A stretch of DNA of 36,686 nucleotides from Ruminococcus sp. CAG:382. GTDB lineage: Bacteria > Bacillota > Clostridia > Oscillospirales > CAG-382. Positions 7,659 through 16,547 of this stretch are shown one piece after another. Location of the stretch: NCBI GenBank assembly GCA_000433115.1, contig FR892195.1, positions 2,523 to 39,208 of the forward strand, given 5' to 3'. The notes under the pieces were generated by a model that worked only from the letters and a program-made list of their open reading frames with translations, was not told where the DNA came from and ran no database searches. Within the stretch, counting starts at the first letter, position 1. Every line of letters starts with the position of its first letter. A program made the position numbers and the translations under genes.

Positions 7659-9301
7659 TGGAAGAGAAATCCAGCAATTTTATTCTTGACGCAATAGATG
7701 CCGATCTCGCGGCAAATCCCGGAATGAAGGTACACACACGTTTCCCGCCCGAGCCCAACGGTTATCTTCACATAGGGCACTGCAAGGCGCTTGTAATAGA
7801 TTTCGGTACCGCAAAGAAATATGACGGACTTTGCAACCTCCGCATGGATGACACAAACCCCGCCAAAGAGGACACTGAGTTTGTCGATGCCATCCGTGAG
7901 GATATCCACTGGCTGGGCTTCGATTGGGGCGACCGCTTCTTCTACGGGTCCGATTATTTCGAACAGACCTATCAGATTGCCGAAGAGCTCATAAAAAACG
8001 GCGACGCATATGTATGTGAGCTTTCAGCCGAGGAATTTTCGAAATACCGCGGCGACCTTTCGCATCCCGCCGTATCGCCATACCGCGACAGACCTGCCGA
8101 CGAAAGTCTTGACCTTTTCCGCCGCATGAGAGCCGGCGAATTTCCTGAAGGGAAGTACACTCTCCGCGCAAAGATAGATCTTGCCTCCGGCAACTTCAAT
8201 ATGCGTGACCCGGTGCTTTACCGCATACGCTATATCGACCATCACAGACAGGGCAAAAAATGGTGCATCTTCCCGATGTATGACCTTGCACACCCCATTC
8301 AGGATGCAATCGAGGGTATAACACACAGCCTTTGCTCCCTTGAATATGAGGATCACAGACCTCTTTATAACTGGGTCATTGAGCATTCGGGACTCGCCTC
8401 AAAGCCGCGTCAGATCGAGTTTGCCCGTCTCAACATAACCAATACCGTCCTTTCCAAGCGTTATCTCCGATATCTCGTCGAAAACGGCATCGTTGACGGC
8501 TGGGACGACCCGCGTATGCCCACGCTCTGCGGACTCCGCCGCCGTGGATATACCGCCGCGTCCATCCTTGATTTCTGCGACCGTATCGGCGTCTCCAAAG
8601 CGAACAGCATGGTCGATATCGGACTGCTTGAGCATTGCATACGTGAAGAGCTCAACAACAAAGCTCCGAGACGCGTCGCCGTCCTTCATCCCGTGAAGCT
8701 GATAGTTGATAACTACCCCGATGACAAGGTTGAATACTTTGATCTTCCGAACAACCAGAACGACCCCGAAGCCGGCACACGTAAGGTACCATTCTGCAAG
8801 GAGCTTTATATCGATACCGATGACTTTGCCGAAGTACCGCCTCCCAAATTCTTCCGTATGAAGCCTGACGGTGAAGTGCGCCTCATGGGCGGTTATATCG
8901 TGAAATGCACTTCTGTCGAAAAGGATCCGGATGGCAATATCGTTGCGATTCACTGCGATGCCGACCTTGTTTCCGGAAACGGAAACCCCTTTGACGGCAG
9001 AAAGATAAAGGGCACGATCCATTGGGTCTCCGCCCGCCACGCCATTGATATCGGCGCTATCATGTATGATCGCCTCTTCACCCGCGACAATATGAACGAT
9101 CTGCCCGAAGGCACCACATATATCGACTATATCAACCCCGATTCCGCAATACGTCTTGACGGCGTGAAGGCTGAGCCGTCTCTTGCCGACGCGAAGTCGG
9201 GCGAGAAGTTCCAGTTCGTGAGAACGGGATATTTCTGTGTGGATACCAAAAACGGCTGCTTCAACAGAGTTGCAAGCCTCAAGGACAGCTTCAAGGTCTG
9301 A
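7658..9301 (+). CDS. glnS: Glutamine--tRNA ligase
   Basis: TRFPPEPNGYLHIGHCKA, NLRMDDTNP, a KMSKS-like VLSKRYL and the C-terminal GlnRS beta-barrel region. The start overlaps the gltX stop by 1 nt (TAATG). Confidence 0.93.
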   Translation: MEEKSSNFILDAIDADLAANPGMKVHTRFPPEPNGYLHIGHCKALVIDFGTAKKYDGLCNLRMDDTNPAKEDTEFVDAIREDIHWLGFDWGDRFFYGSDYFEQTYQIAEELIKNGDAYVCELSAEEFSKYRGDLSHPAVSPYRDRPADESLDLFRRMRAGEFPEGKYTLRAKIDLASGNFNMRDPVLYRIRYIDHHRQGKKWCIFPMYDLAHPIQDAIEGITHSLCSLEYEDHRPLYNWVIEHSGLASKPRQIEFARLNITNTVLSKRYLRYLVENGIVDGWDDPRMPTLCGLRRRGYTAASILDFCDRIGVSKANSMVDIGLLEHCIREELNNKAPRRVAVLHPVKLIVDNYPDDKVEYFDLPNNQNDPEAGTRKVPFCKELYIDTDDFAEVPPPKFFRMKPDGEVRLMGGYIVKCTSVEKDPDGNIVAIHCDADLVSGNGNPFDGRKIKGTIHWVSARHAIDIGAIMYDRLFTRDNMNDLPEGTTYIDYINPDSAIRLDGVKAEPSLADAKSGEKFQFVRTGYFCVDTKNGCFNRVASLKDSFKV

Positions 9302-9316
9302 CGAAAGGTTAATGTC

Positions 9317-10150
9317 ATGAAAATATATCTCCGTTTCCCCGGCTTCCTGAAAAAAGCCCTGACACTCAGCTATGACGACGGTGTCGATACCGATATTAAA
9401 ATGATTGACATCCTCAACCGTCACGGCATAAAAGCGACCTTCAACCTCAACACCGGACTGTTCTCCGAAATACCGCGTCCCGACGGATACACTCATTATT
9501 TCTACCATCTCACAAAATCCCAGGCGCTTGAACTGTATACATCATCCGGACATGAGCTCGCAGTCCATACTCTGACACATCCGTTCCTTGAAACGCTTTC
9601 ACCTGAAGAGATAGCACATGAGATCACCGAGGACAGGAAAAACATCGAAGAAATGTTCGGCGGCGTGGTGCGCGGGATGGCGTATCCGTTCGGCACCTAC
9701 GACGACAGGGTAGTGGAGATCGCAAAATCATGCGGAATCGCATATTCCCGCACTACAATTTCAACAGGCTGCTTTGATATCCCCTGCGATTGGCTGCGTC
9801 TTCCCGCGACCTGTCATCATAACGATCCGCGCCTGAACGAGCTGACCGACAGATTCATATCGTCTGACGGCGAAGCACCTTCTTTGTTTTACCTCTGGGG
9901 ACATACATATGAATTCAGATGGAACAACAACTGGGAGATCATTGAAAGCTTTGCCGCGAAGATCGGCGGAAGAAATGATATATGGTATGCTACCAACATT
10001 GAGATCTGCGATTACGTCGAAGCCTTCCGAGCGCTCCGATTCTCGGCAGACGGCACAAAAGTATATAATCCCTCCGCATGCGATGTCTGCTTTACGGCAG
10101 ACGGCAAAAATGTAACCGCCGTATCCGGTGTCGTGACCGATATCGCCTGA
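9317..10150 (+). CDS. Polysaccharide deacetylase (NodB-homology) family protein, no signal peptide
   Basis: LTLSYDDGVDTD (the DD metal/catalytic motif), HTLTHP and MAYPFG are typical of CE4/NodB-like proteins. Confidence 0.75.
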   Translation: MKIYLRFPGFLKKALTLSYDDGVDTDIKMIDILNRHGIKATFNLNTGLFSEIPRPDGYTHYFYHLTKSQALELYTSSGHELAVHTLTHPFLETLSPEEIAHEITEDRKNIEEMFGGVVRGMAYPFGTYDDRVVEIAKSCGIAYSRTTISTGCFDIPCDWLRLPATCHHNDPRLNELTDRFISSDGEAPSLFYLWGHTYEFRWNNNWEIIESFAAKIGGRNDIWYATNIEICDYVEAFRALRFSADGTKVYNPSACDVCFTADGKNVTAVSGVVTDIA

Positions 10151-10160
10151 GTCTGATTTT

Positions 10161-10201
10161 GCAGAGAAACGTTTTTTTCGTTTCTCTGCAATTTTTTTTT
10201 G
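10161..10201 (+). terminator. Rho-independent terminator ending the yccF-gltX-glnS-deacetylase operon
   Basis: An 11-bp perfect stem, GCAGAGAAACG(10161..10171)/CGTTTCTCTGC(10179..10189), followed by a long T-tract. Confidence 0.85.
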
Positions 10202-10211
10202 CCTTGACCTA

Positions 10212-10240
10212 TTGACAAACACATTTCATCGTGATATAAT
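10212..10240 (+). promoter_or_regulatory. Consensus sigma-A promoter of cysK (TTGACA-17 nt-TGaTATAAT)
   Basis: TTGACA at 10212..10217 and TATAAT at 10235..10240, with TG at 10232..10233. A leader of about 120 nt follows. Confidence 0.75.
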
Positions 10241-10364
10241 ACCTACAAATCATATAGGAAATGCGACAGAGCATAAAACGCTTATGAAACGAATGCATAC
10301 AGACTTCCGATGTCCCCTTTTGCAACCCTGAACAAATATACTGAAACAAAAAGGAACATCACTA

Positions 10365-11291
10365 ATGAAAACATATAATAACATAACCGAACTCGTGGGA
10401 AAAACCCCTCTCCTCCGTCTCACCAACTATATCCGAGAAAATTCACTTGAAGCCGATATATACGGCAAACTTGAATATTTCAACCCTGCCGGAAGCGTGA
10501 AGGACAGAATCGCAAAAGCGATGATAGAAGATGCCGAAGCAAAGGGACTGTTGCATCCCGACTCTGTGATAATCGAGCCGACGAGCGGCAACACCGGGAT
10601 AGGACTTGCAGCCGTCGCCGCTTCAAAGGGATATCACGTGATCCTCACAATGCCTGAAACAATGAGTGTTGAGCGCCGCAATCTTCTGAAAGCATATGGT
10701 GCGCAACTGGTGCTTACCGAAGGTTCAAAGGGCATGAAAGGCGCGATAGCGAAAGCCGATGAGCTTGCAAAGGAAACTCCCCACAGCTTCATACCGAGCC
10801 AGTTTACAAACCCTGCAAACCCCACGGCACATTTTGCGACCACAGGTCCGGAAATATGGGAGGATACAGACGGCAAGGTCGATATTTTTGTTGCCGGAGT
10901 CGGTACCGGCGGAACGATCTCCGGTGTCGGTGAATTCCTGAAGAGCAAGAACCCCGATATAAAGGTGATTGCCGTCGAACCCGCGACTTCGCCGGTTCTT
11001 TCGAAAGGTGTTTCGGGACCGCATAAGATACAGGGCATAGGAGCAGGTTTTGTTCCCGAAACGCTTGACACAAAGATATACGATGAAATAATCCCCGTCG
11101 AAAACGAGGATGCATTCAGAACCGGTGCGGCGGTCGCACGCAGAGAAGGCGTGCTTGTCGGGATATCCTCCGGCGCTGCTGTATGGGCTGCAACCGAGCT
11201 TGCAAAGCGTCCCGAAAACAAAGGCAAGCTGATAGTTGCGCTTTTGCCCGATACAGGCGACCGATATCTTTCGACCCCTATGTTTGCGTAA
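10365..11291 (+). CDS. cysK: Cysteine synthase A (O-acetylserine sulfhydrylase)
   Basis: GKTPLLRL and [11 protein letters not shown] (PLP Lys), [10 protein letters not shown], and [10 protein letters not shown] (the PLP phosphate loop). Confidence 0.95.
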   Translation: MKTYNNITELVGKTPLLRLTNYIRENSLEADIYGKLEYFNPAGSVKDRIAKAMIEDAEAKGLLHPDSVIIEPTSGNTGIGLAAVAASKGYHVILTMPETMSVERRNLLKAYGAQLVLTEGSKGMKGAIAKADELAKETPHSFIPSQFTNPANPTAHFATTGPEIWEDTDGKVDIFVAGVGTGGTISGVGEFLKSKNPDIKVIAVEPATSPVLSKGVSGPHKIQGIGAGFVPETLDTKIYDEIIPVENEDAFRTGAAVARREGVLVGISSGAAVWAATELAKRPENKGKLIVALLPDTGDRYLSTPMFA

Positions 11292-11300
11292 TAAAAACGG

Positions 11301-11340
11301 GCGATTGCAATGTCCTGTGCTTTGCAATCGCTCATTTTGT
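11301..11340. terminator. Bidirectional intrinsic terminator between convergent cysK and the Rrf2 gene
   Basis: Stem GCGATTGCAA(11301..11310)/TTGCAATCGC(11322..11331). It is flanked by an A-run upstream and a T-rich tract downstream. Confidence 0.75.
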
Positions 11341-11344
11341 ATTA

Positions 11345-11782
11345 CTATATGGAATAGTCGTCGCCGCGGTGCTGTCTTTGAATATCAACAAGATCCTGCA
11401 AAGTAAAACCGTTCAGATAATCACGGACGACCTTATCAAGACCCTGCCAAAGAGGTAATGTCGGGCAGTCTGCACTTCGTTTGCAGCTTGCTCCGCCGTC
11501 GGTAACGCACCATACCGGTGTAAGGTCGCCTTCGGTGATTTCGAGGATCTCGCAGACCGTATACTGTGACGGAAGCCGTGATAATCTGTAACCGCCCAGC
11601 GCTCCGCGGGTTGCGTAAAGAAATCCGGCACGGTTAAGCAGCGGTATGATCTGTTCGAGATATTTTTTTGAGATCTCCTGCCTTTCGGCAATGTCCCTGA
11701 GAGAAATCAGGTCGTCTGAATAGTGCTCCGCAAGATCAATCATCATACGAAGCGTGTAACGACCTTTTGTTGAGATACGCAT
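11345..11782 (-). CDS. Rrf2-family transcriptional regulator with a three-Cys putative Fe-S ligand motif (IscR/CymR-like)
   Basis: MRISTKGRYTLRMMIDLAEH is the classic Rrf2 N-terminus. GGAGGAG lies just upstream of ATG 11782..11780 (the ORF track's 11830 start adds 16 unlikely residues). The Cys cluster is CVTDGGASCKRSADC. Confidence 0.88.
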   Translation of the reverse strand: MRISTKGRYTLRMMIDLAEHYSDDLISLRDIAERQEISKKYLEQIIPLLNRAGFLYATRGALGGYRLSRLPSQYTVCEILEITEGDLTPVWCVTDGGASCKRSADCPTLPLWQGLDKVVRDYLNGFTLQDLVDIQRQHRGDDYSI

Positions 11783-11882
11783 AATGCTCCTCCGGCGGGT
11801 ATTTGTGGACCTTTGCGCCGCGTCCGGCACCGCAAAAGCTGCGGCAAACGGCGGCGCCGATTTCTATCCCGTCTTCCGTTTT

Positions 11883-11912
11883 ATTCTAACACATACAATA
11901 CCGATTAGTCAA
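11883..11912 (-). promoter_or_regulatory. Probable promoter of the Rrf2 gene (TTGACT-18 nt-TGtTAGAAT)
   Basis: The minus-strand reading is TTGACT(11912..11907)-18 nt-TAGAAT(11888..11883) with an upstream TG. It lies in the divergent region shared with mnmA. Confidence 0.45.
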
Positions 11913-11926
11913 CAGGGAAATAAAAA

Positions 11927-13024
11927 ATGAATGTAAATTTTTCCGAGAAAAAAGCGATAATTGCAATGAGCGGCGGCGTAGATTCAAGCGTCGCGGCATA
12001 TCTCATGCAAAAAAACGGCTATGACTGCATGGGGGTCACAATGAAGCTGTTTGATAACGGCGATATAGGAATATCAAAAGGACATACCTGCTGTTCTCTT
12101 GACGATGTGGAGGATGCACGAAGTGTCGCACGTCGTCTCGGCATACCGTACTACGTTTTTAATTTTTCCGACCGTTTCAATGCGGAAGTCATCGATAAAT
12201 TTATAAGTGCATACGAAAACGGCGAAACCCCGAACCCATGCATAGACTGCAACCGTTTTCTGAAATTCGACAAACTGTATCGCCGCGCGCGCGAGCTTGA
12301 TATCGGCTGTGTCGCAACCGGGCATTACGCTTCAGTCGAATATGACGAAAAAAGCGGGCGTTGGCTGCTGAAGCGCGCCGCCGACAGGGAAAAAGATCAG
12401 AGCTATGTGCTATATGCATTGACTCAGGAGCAACTTGCCCATACCGTTTTTCCGCTCGGTAAAATGACAAAAACCGAGGTGCGCCATGTTGCCGAACAAA
12501 ACGGCTTCGTGAACGCTCATAAGCATGACAGCCAGGACATCTGCTTTGTCCCCGACAGCGATTACGCCTCATTCATCCGCCGCCGTACCGGAAAAGACTA
12601 TCCGTCAGGGAACTTTGTCCTTACCGACGGGACGGTACTCGGTAAGACTGAAGGTGTGATATCATACACCGTCGGACAGCGTAAGGGGCTCGGTGTTTCA
12701 TACAAAATACCGCTGTATGTCTGCGGAATCGACCCGTCAAACGGCAATATTACGCTGGGGAGCGAGTCGGAGCTGTACAGCCGTGTACTCTGCGCGCGCG
12801 ATGTAAATCTCATTTCCGTTCCGGAAATAAAGGGAGAAATGTATGTGACTGCAATGGTAAGATATCGCGGCAGAGAAGAAAAAGCGACGGTTACGGATGA
12901 GGGCGACGGAGTGATAAAACTTGTGTTTGACAAGCCGCAGAGAGCGGTGACGAAGGGACAGGCAGTCGTGATGTACGACGGAGATACCGTTGTCGGCGGC
13001 GGAACGATCTGCAAAGTCGGATAA
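11927..13024 (+). CDS. mnmA: tRNA 2-thiouridine(34) synthase MnmA
   Basis: PP-loop AMSGGVDSSVAA, NPCIDCNRFLKF, DQSYVL and the C-terminal GQAVVMYDGDTVVGGG. Confidence 0.95.
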   Translation: MNVNFSEKKAIIAMSGGVDSSVAAYLMQKNGYDCMGVTMKLFDNGDIGISKGHTCCSLDDVEDARSVARRLGIPYYVFNFSDRFNAEVIDKFISAYENGETPNPCIDCNRFLKFDKLYRRARELDIGCVATGHYASVEYDEKSGRWLLKRAADREKDQSYVLYALTQEQLAHTVFPLGKMTKTEVRHVAEQNGFVNAHKHDSQDICFVPDSDYASFIRRRTGKDYPSGNFVLTDGTVLGKTEGVISYTVGQRKGLGVSYKIPLYVCGIDPSNGNITLGSESELYSRVLCARDVNLISVPEIKGEMYVTAMVRYRGREEKATVTDEGDGVIKLVFDKPQRAVTKGQAVVMYDGDTVVGGGTICKVG

Positions 13025-13031
13025 AAAACGC

Positions 13032-13060
13032 TTGACATAACTGCGTTGTATGCTTATAAT
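13032..13060 (+). promoter_or_regulatory. Consensus sigma-A promoter (TTGACA-17 nt-TATAAT) for the DUF2974 gene
   Basis: TTGACA at 13032..13037 and TATAAT at 13055..13060. Confidence 0.7.
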
Positions 13061-13124
13061 TAGAAATAAGATATATAAATCCCTATGTTTGTATTGATTA
13101 ACTTCTTTTTTTACGGAGTGCATT

Positions 13125-14261
13125 ATGGCAGATATATTTGATTATCTGATGTGGCGTGGCGATCTGACGCTTGAAAACAGTCCGCTGAACGCAGTTGACG
13201 GAATGATTCTTGCCCGTCTTTCATACCTTCCGTTTGAAAATATCGTTGACAGCGGAAATGAACCGTGCGTGACTGTCGGTGCCGCCTGTGAAGCGATCCT
13301 CCAAAAGCCTGATATTGAAAACAAGGTGCTGCTTAAGGACGATACCCGTCTTATGGCGGCATTGCGTGACAGCGCACGGTATCGTGATATGCCGCTTTCA
13401 GGCTATGTCAACGAGCTTGACGCCGCAACGCAGACACAGTTTTCCTGTATCACGGTCGGACTCGGCGGCAACGATATATGTGTTTCCTTCCGTGGTACCG
13501 ATAATACCATTATCGGCTGGAAGGAGGACTTCAACATGAGCTTCGTATGCCCCGTTCCCGCTCAGGTGCTTGCCTCGCGTTATGTGGAACGGCTCGCAAA
13601 CGAAAAACCCGAAAAAAGTATTGTGATAACGGGTCACTCCAAGGGCGGAAATCTTGCCGTGTACGCCGCTGCATTCTGTGATGACGGCGTGCAAAAACGT
13701 ATAACCTCCGTTTTCAATTATGACGGACCGGGCTTTGACGACCGGGTGCTCAGAACCGAGAGCTATAAGCGCATCTGCAAGCGTATAATGACCTTCGTCC
13801 CTCAGTCCTCGGTAATCGGTATGCTCCTGGGGCACGAGGAAGCATATACTATCGTACACAGCGAACAGACCGGAATGATGCAGCACGATGTTTATTCGTG
13901 GGATGTCCGCCGCGACGGCTTTGACTGCCTTGAACAGGTCGACAACAGCAGTAGATTTGTGGATTTCACTCTCAAGGCGTGGATAACCGACCTTGACTAC
14001 AAACAGCGTGAAAGCTTCTTTGATACTGTTTACACCGTAATGAAAGAGACGAACGCCTCGACTCTCCGTGAAATGGGCGAAAACTGGTTTGCGAGCGCCG
14101 TAAGCGTACTCAAATCAATAAAAAATCTTGACGAGGCGACGAGAAAGGCTGCTCTCCGCACACTCGGATTGCTTGTGAAATGTGCCGGAATGGGCATATC
14201 GCATATGTGGCAAACGCGTGAAAAGACGGAAGCTCCCGCAAAGACGGAGGACAAAAGTTGA
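13125..14261 (+). CDS. DUF2974 (Mbeg1-like) alpha/beta-hydrolase-fold protein
   Basis: A nucleophile-elbow-like ITGHSKGGNLAVYAA sits within a lipase-3-like context (VSFRGTDNTIIGWKEDF). The N-terminal DYLMWRGDLT..LSYLPFE is typical of the family. Confidence 0.7.
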   Translation: MADIFDYLMWRGDLTLENSPLNAVDGMILARLSYLPFENIVDSGNEPCVTVGAACEAILQKPDIENKVLLKDDTRLMAALRDSARYRDMPLSGYVNELDAATQTQFSCITVGLGGNDICVSFRGTDNTIIGWKEDFNMSFVCPVPAQVLASRYVERLANEKPEKSIVITGHSKGGNLAVYAAAFCDDGVQKRITSVFNYDGPGFDDRVLRTESYKRICKRIMTFVPQSSVIGMLLGHEEAYTIVHSEQTGMMQHDVYSWDVRRDGFDCLEQVDNSSRFVDFTLKAWITDLDYKQRESFFDTVYTVMKETNASTLREMGENWFASAVSVLKSIKNLDEATRKAALRTLGLLVKCAGMGISHMWQTREKTEAPAKTEDKS

Positions 14262-14776
14262 AAAAAATATCACGTCCCGTTTTTGTCGTTTTGCTTGCGA
14301 TTGCCGCAGCACTTCTCATCGCCGCCGCATCGCTGATAATAATCAGCCTGACGCGCGACGGAGGCAAGACTGTCGACGACGCGCTCTGGAACTATGAAAA
14401 GGGCTGTATGCTTTACGATTCGGAACGTATCGTAAAGTATTCGTCAGACTATCGCCGCTATGAGCTTGCCGGAAACAGGGAATCGACCCGCTCTGCGCTC
14501 ATAGAAACACTTGACAAATCATATTCAAAATCAACCTCGCCGTATCTTCAGGGCAAGCTGGAATATTTCTCGTCAAAACTTAAGTATCACGACGTCGGAA
14601 GCGATACATACAGCTCGCTTATCGACGAATATGCCGCTTTTGCCGATACCTCGGATATCGAACGCTTTGCCGACGTGACCGCTGTAATTGCCTATAACGG
14701 CACACGTGTACTTAAGATAAACGCAACGCTTGTGAAGATCTCCGGCAGATGGTTCTTCTTCAAAAACAACATATAG
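14258..14776 (+). CDS. Hypothetical N-terminally membrane-anchored protein
   Basis: The start is TTG, 6 nt after GGAGGA, and overlaps the upstream stop (TTGA). The TM segment is PVFVVLLAIAAALLIAAASLIIISL. I recognise no domain. Confidence 0.65.
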   Translation: MKKISRPVFVVLLAIAAALLIAAASLIIISLTRDGGKTVDDALWNYEKGCMLYDSERIVKYSSDYRRYELAGNRESTRSALIETLDKSYSKSTSPYLQGKLEYFSSKLKYHDVGSDTYSSLIDEYAAFADTSDIERFADVTAVIAYNGTRVLKINATLVKISGRWFFFKNNI

Positions 14777-14778
14777 AC

Positions 14779-14816
14779 AAAAAAGCTGACAGTATCCCGG
14801 TGCTGTCAGCTTTTTC
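14779..14816. terminator. Bidirectional intrinsic terminator between convergent genes
   Basis: Stem AGCTGACAG(14784..14792)/CTGTCAGCT(14803..14811), with an A-run upstream and a T-run downstream. Confidence 0.8.
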
Positions 14817-14824
14817 GATTCAAA

Positions 14825-15694
14825 TCAGATGGTTTCGAGATTTGAAACGGCGGTCCATGTCATGATATTTCCTTGAGCATTTCCGTTTTCGTCGATGTAT
14901 TCGCCGAGCAGAACGCACTTTTCGCCGCCTTTTACAATGTCTTTTCCGGAAACCTGAGTTTTTGCAACACCGTAATTTTTCCCCTTCACCCAATCCGGGA
15001 TTTTCGGTCCGCCGGGATAATAGAATATCGCATCCTTTTTCAGTGTCACAATATCTCCGATACGGATCGGGCGCAGTCTCGCATAGTCCTTGTAGCCGAT
15101 ATTCATATCAACATTGCCTTTGATCCCGTCGATTTTCTCAGTCCCCCATTGCCATACCGTAATATCCGAAACATCCTGCGGCACAGGGCCTTTGTCGCCG
15201 CTTTTGCGGTACAGTGCAAACCATACATCATAGCCTTTCAGCATTTTCATGTTGATAAAATGCACCGAAAACGCTCTGTTTGTATATACCATCGGTATAT
15301 ATCCGGCGTCGTATACCGCACCGCAGAAGATCTTCAGAAGGCTTGCGTTGTATTCTCTGTCGAAGCGTGTATAGCGCTCGTCCTCCATATCGGCAGCGCA
15401 AGGGAAAACGATTGAGCTGCCTGCTTTTTTTACGGTTTTTATGAAAAACTCGGCTTCTTCAAGCACCTCGTCGCGCGTTGTTCCCGTCATGAAGTGATAT
15501 GCACCGCATTTTATACCGACGGATGACGCGCCGGCAACGCTTCCGGCAAAGCCTCTGTCTTCAAACGGAGCGATCCCTTTATCCTTGATGCCGCCTCCCT
15601 GCGATGCCTTTATCATCGCAAATTCGATGCCGCTGTTTTTAACCTTTTTCCAGTCGGCGCCCATCTGATATACCGAAATATCGATACCTTTCAT
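14825..15694 (-). CDS. GH25 muramidase (lysozyme) with C-terminal SH3-like domain, no signal peptide
   Basis: MKGIDISVYQMGADWKKVKNSGIEFAMIKASQG is the canonical GH25 N-terminus (DxSxxQ). The C-terminal 80 aa or so (IGDIVTLKKDAIFYYPGG...VKGKNYGVAK) look SH3-like. Confidence 0.88.
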   Translation of the reverse strand: MKGIDISVYQMGADWKKVKNSGIEFAMIKASQGGGIKDKGIAPFEDRGFAGSVAGASSVGIKCGAYHFMTGTTRDEVLEEAEFFIKTVKKAGSSIVFPCAADMEDERYTRFDREYNASLLKIFCGAVYDAGYIPMVYTNRAFSVHFINMKMLKGYDVWFALYRKSGDKGPVPQDVSDITVWQWGTEKIDGIKGNVDMNIGYKDYARLRPIRIGDIVTLKKDAIFYYPGGPKIPDWVKGKNYGVAKTQVSGKDIVKGGEKCVLLGEYIDENGNAQGNIMTWTAVSNLETI

Positions 15695-15814
15695 AGTGAA
15701 ATTACCTCCGAAAACATACTTTCCACTATCAGTATATCACGAAAGGCGCCATAAAGCGTCCGCCGATATTCCGGTGAAATTCCGGTTTTGTATGCTGTGG
15801 GTCGATTTCGTATA

Positions 15815-16522
15815 TCAGGCGAGCTCCTCGCGCAGACGGCTGATGATGCGCTTTTCCCGCCGCGACACCATCACCTGTGTCATTCCCACCGTCCTTCCGA
15901 CATCGCTTTGCGAAAGCCCCTTCCAGTATCGCAGGACTATTATCCTTCTGTCCGTTTCGTCAAGCGCCGCGATTGCCTGACGCAGGGATATCTTCTCTGC
16001 AAGTTCGCCGATATTGTCACTCCCGACAAGGTTTTCAAGCGTTGCCTCGCCGTCTCCGACAGGAGCCGAAAACGAAAGCAGCGGTGAAGAGGCTTCAAGC
16101 GCCGCCGCTGCTTCCTCCGGTTCGATCCCGCAAAGCGCGGCAAGCTCCGCAACAGTCGGCTCGGCGCATTTTTCCCGCATGAATTCCTCTCTTTTGCGCT
16201 GTAAAAGCACTCCGGTACGCTTCAGTTCACGGCTCACCTTGATGATTCCGTCGTCACGCAGGTATTTCTTTATTTCTCCCATTATCATCGGCACCGCATA
16301 GGTTGAAAAGCGGGTACCGACTGAGGTATCGAAGTTGCGTATCGCTTTTATAAGCCCTATCGTGCCGATCTGAACAAGATCTTCAAAATCCACGCCCCGC
16401 TCCCTGAACCGCAGAGCTATTGATTTTACAAGTCCCATATTGCTGTTTACAAGCTCGGAAAACGCAGCTTTGTCGCCTTTTTGTGCTTTCGGAAGCAGAG
16501 AATCGTTGTCAATTTCAAACAT
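15815..16522 (-). CDS. sigF: Sporulation sigma factor SigF
   Basis: A group-3 sigma (LVQIGTIGLIKAIRNFD, FSTYAVPMIMGEIKKYLRD, GMTQVMVSRREKRI) located immediately after spoIIAA-spoIIAB. Confidence 0.92.
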   Translation of the reverse strand: MFEIDNDSLLPKAQKGDKAAFSELVNSNMGLVKSIALRFRERGVDFEDLVQIGTIGLIKAIRNFDTSVGTRFSTYAVPMIMGEIKKYLRDDGIIKVSRELKRTGVLLQRKREEFMREKCAEPTVAELAALCGIEPEEAAAALEASSPLLSFSAPVGDGEATLENLVGSDNIGELAEKISLRQAIAALDETDRRIIVLRYWKGLSQSDVGRTVGMTQVMVSRREKRIISRLREELA

Positions 16523-16547
16523 AACATCACCCGTTTTTTGATATGTA

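Noticed and set aside
8399-9508. A long 369-aa ORF on the minus strand.
   Set aside because: It lies entirely antisense to glnS and the deacetylase gene, which carry unmistakable motifs. Its sequence is low-complexity with no start context. It is a shadow ORF.
10241-10364. A riboswitch (SAM or T-box) in the cysK leader.
   Set aside because: The leader is only about 120 nt. I recognise no conserved riboswitch core or terminator/antiterminator pair. An operator for a protein repressor is more plausible.
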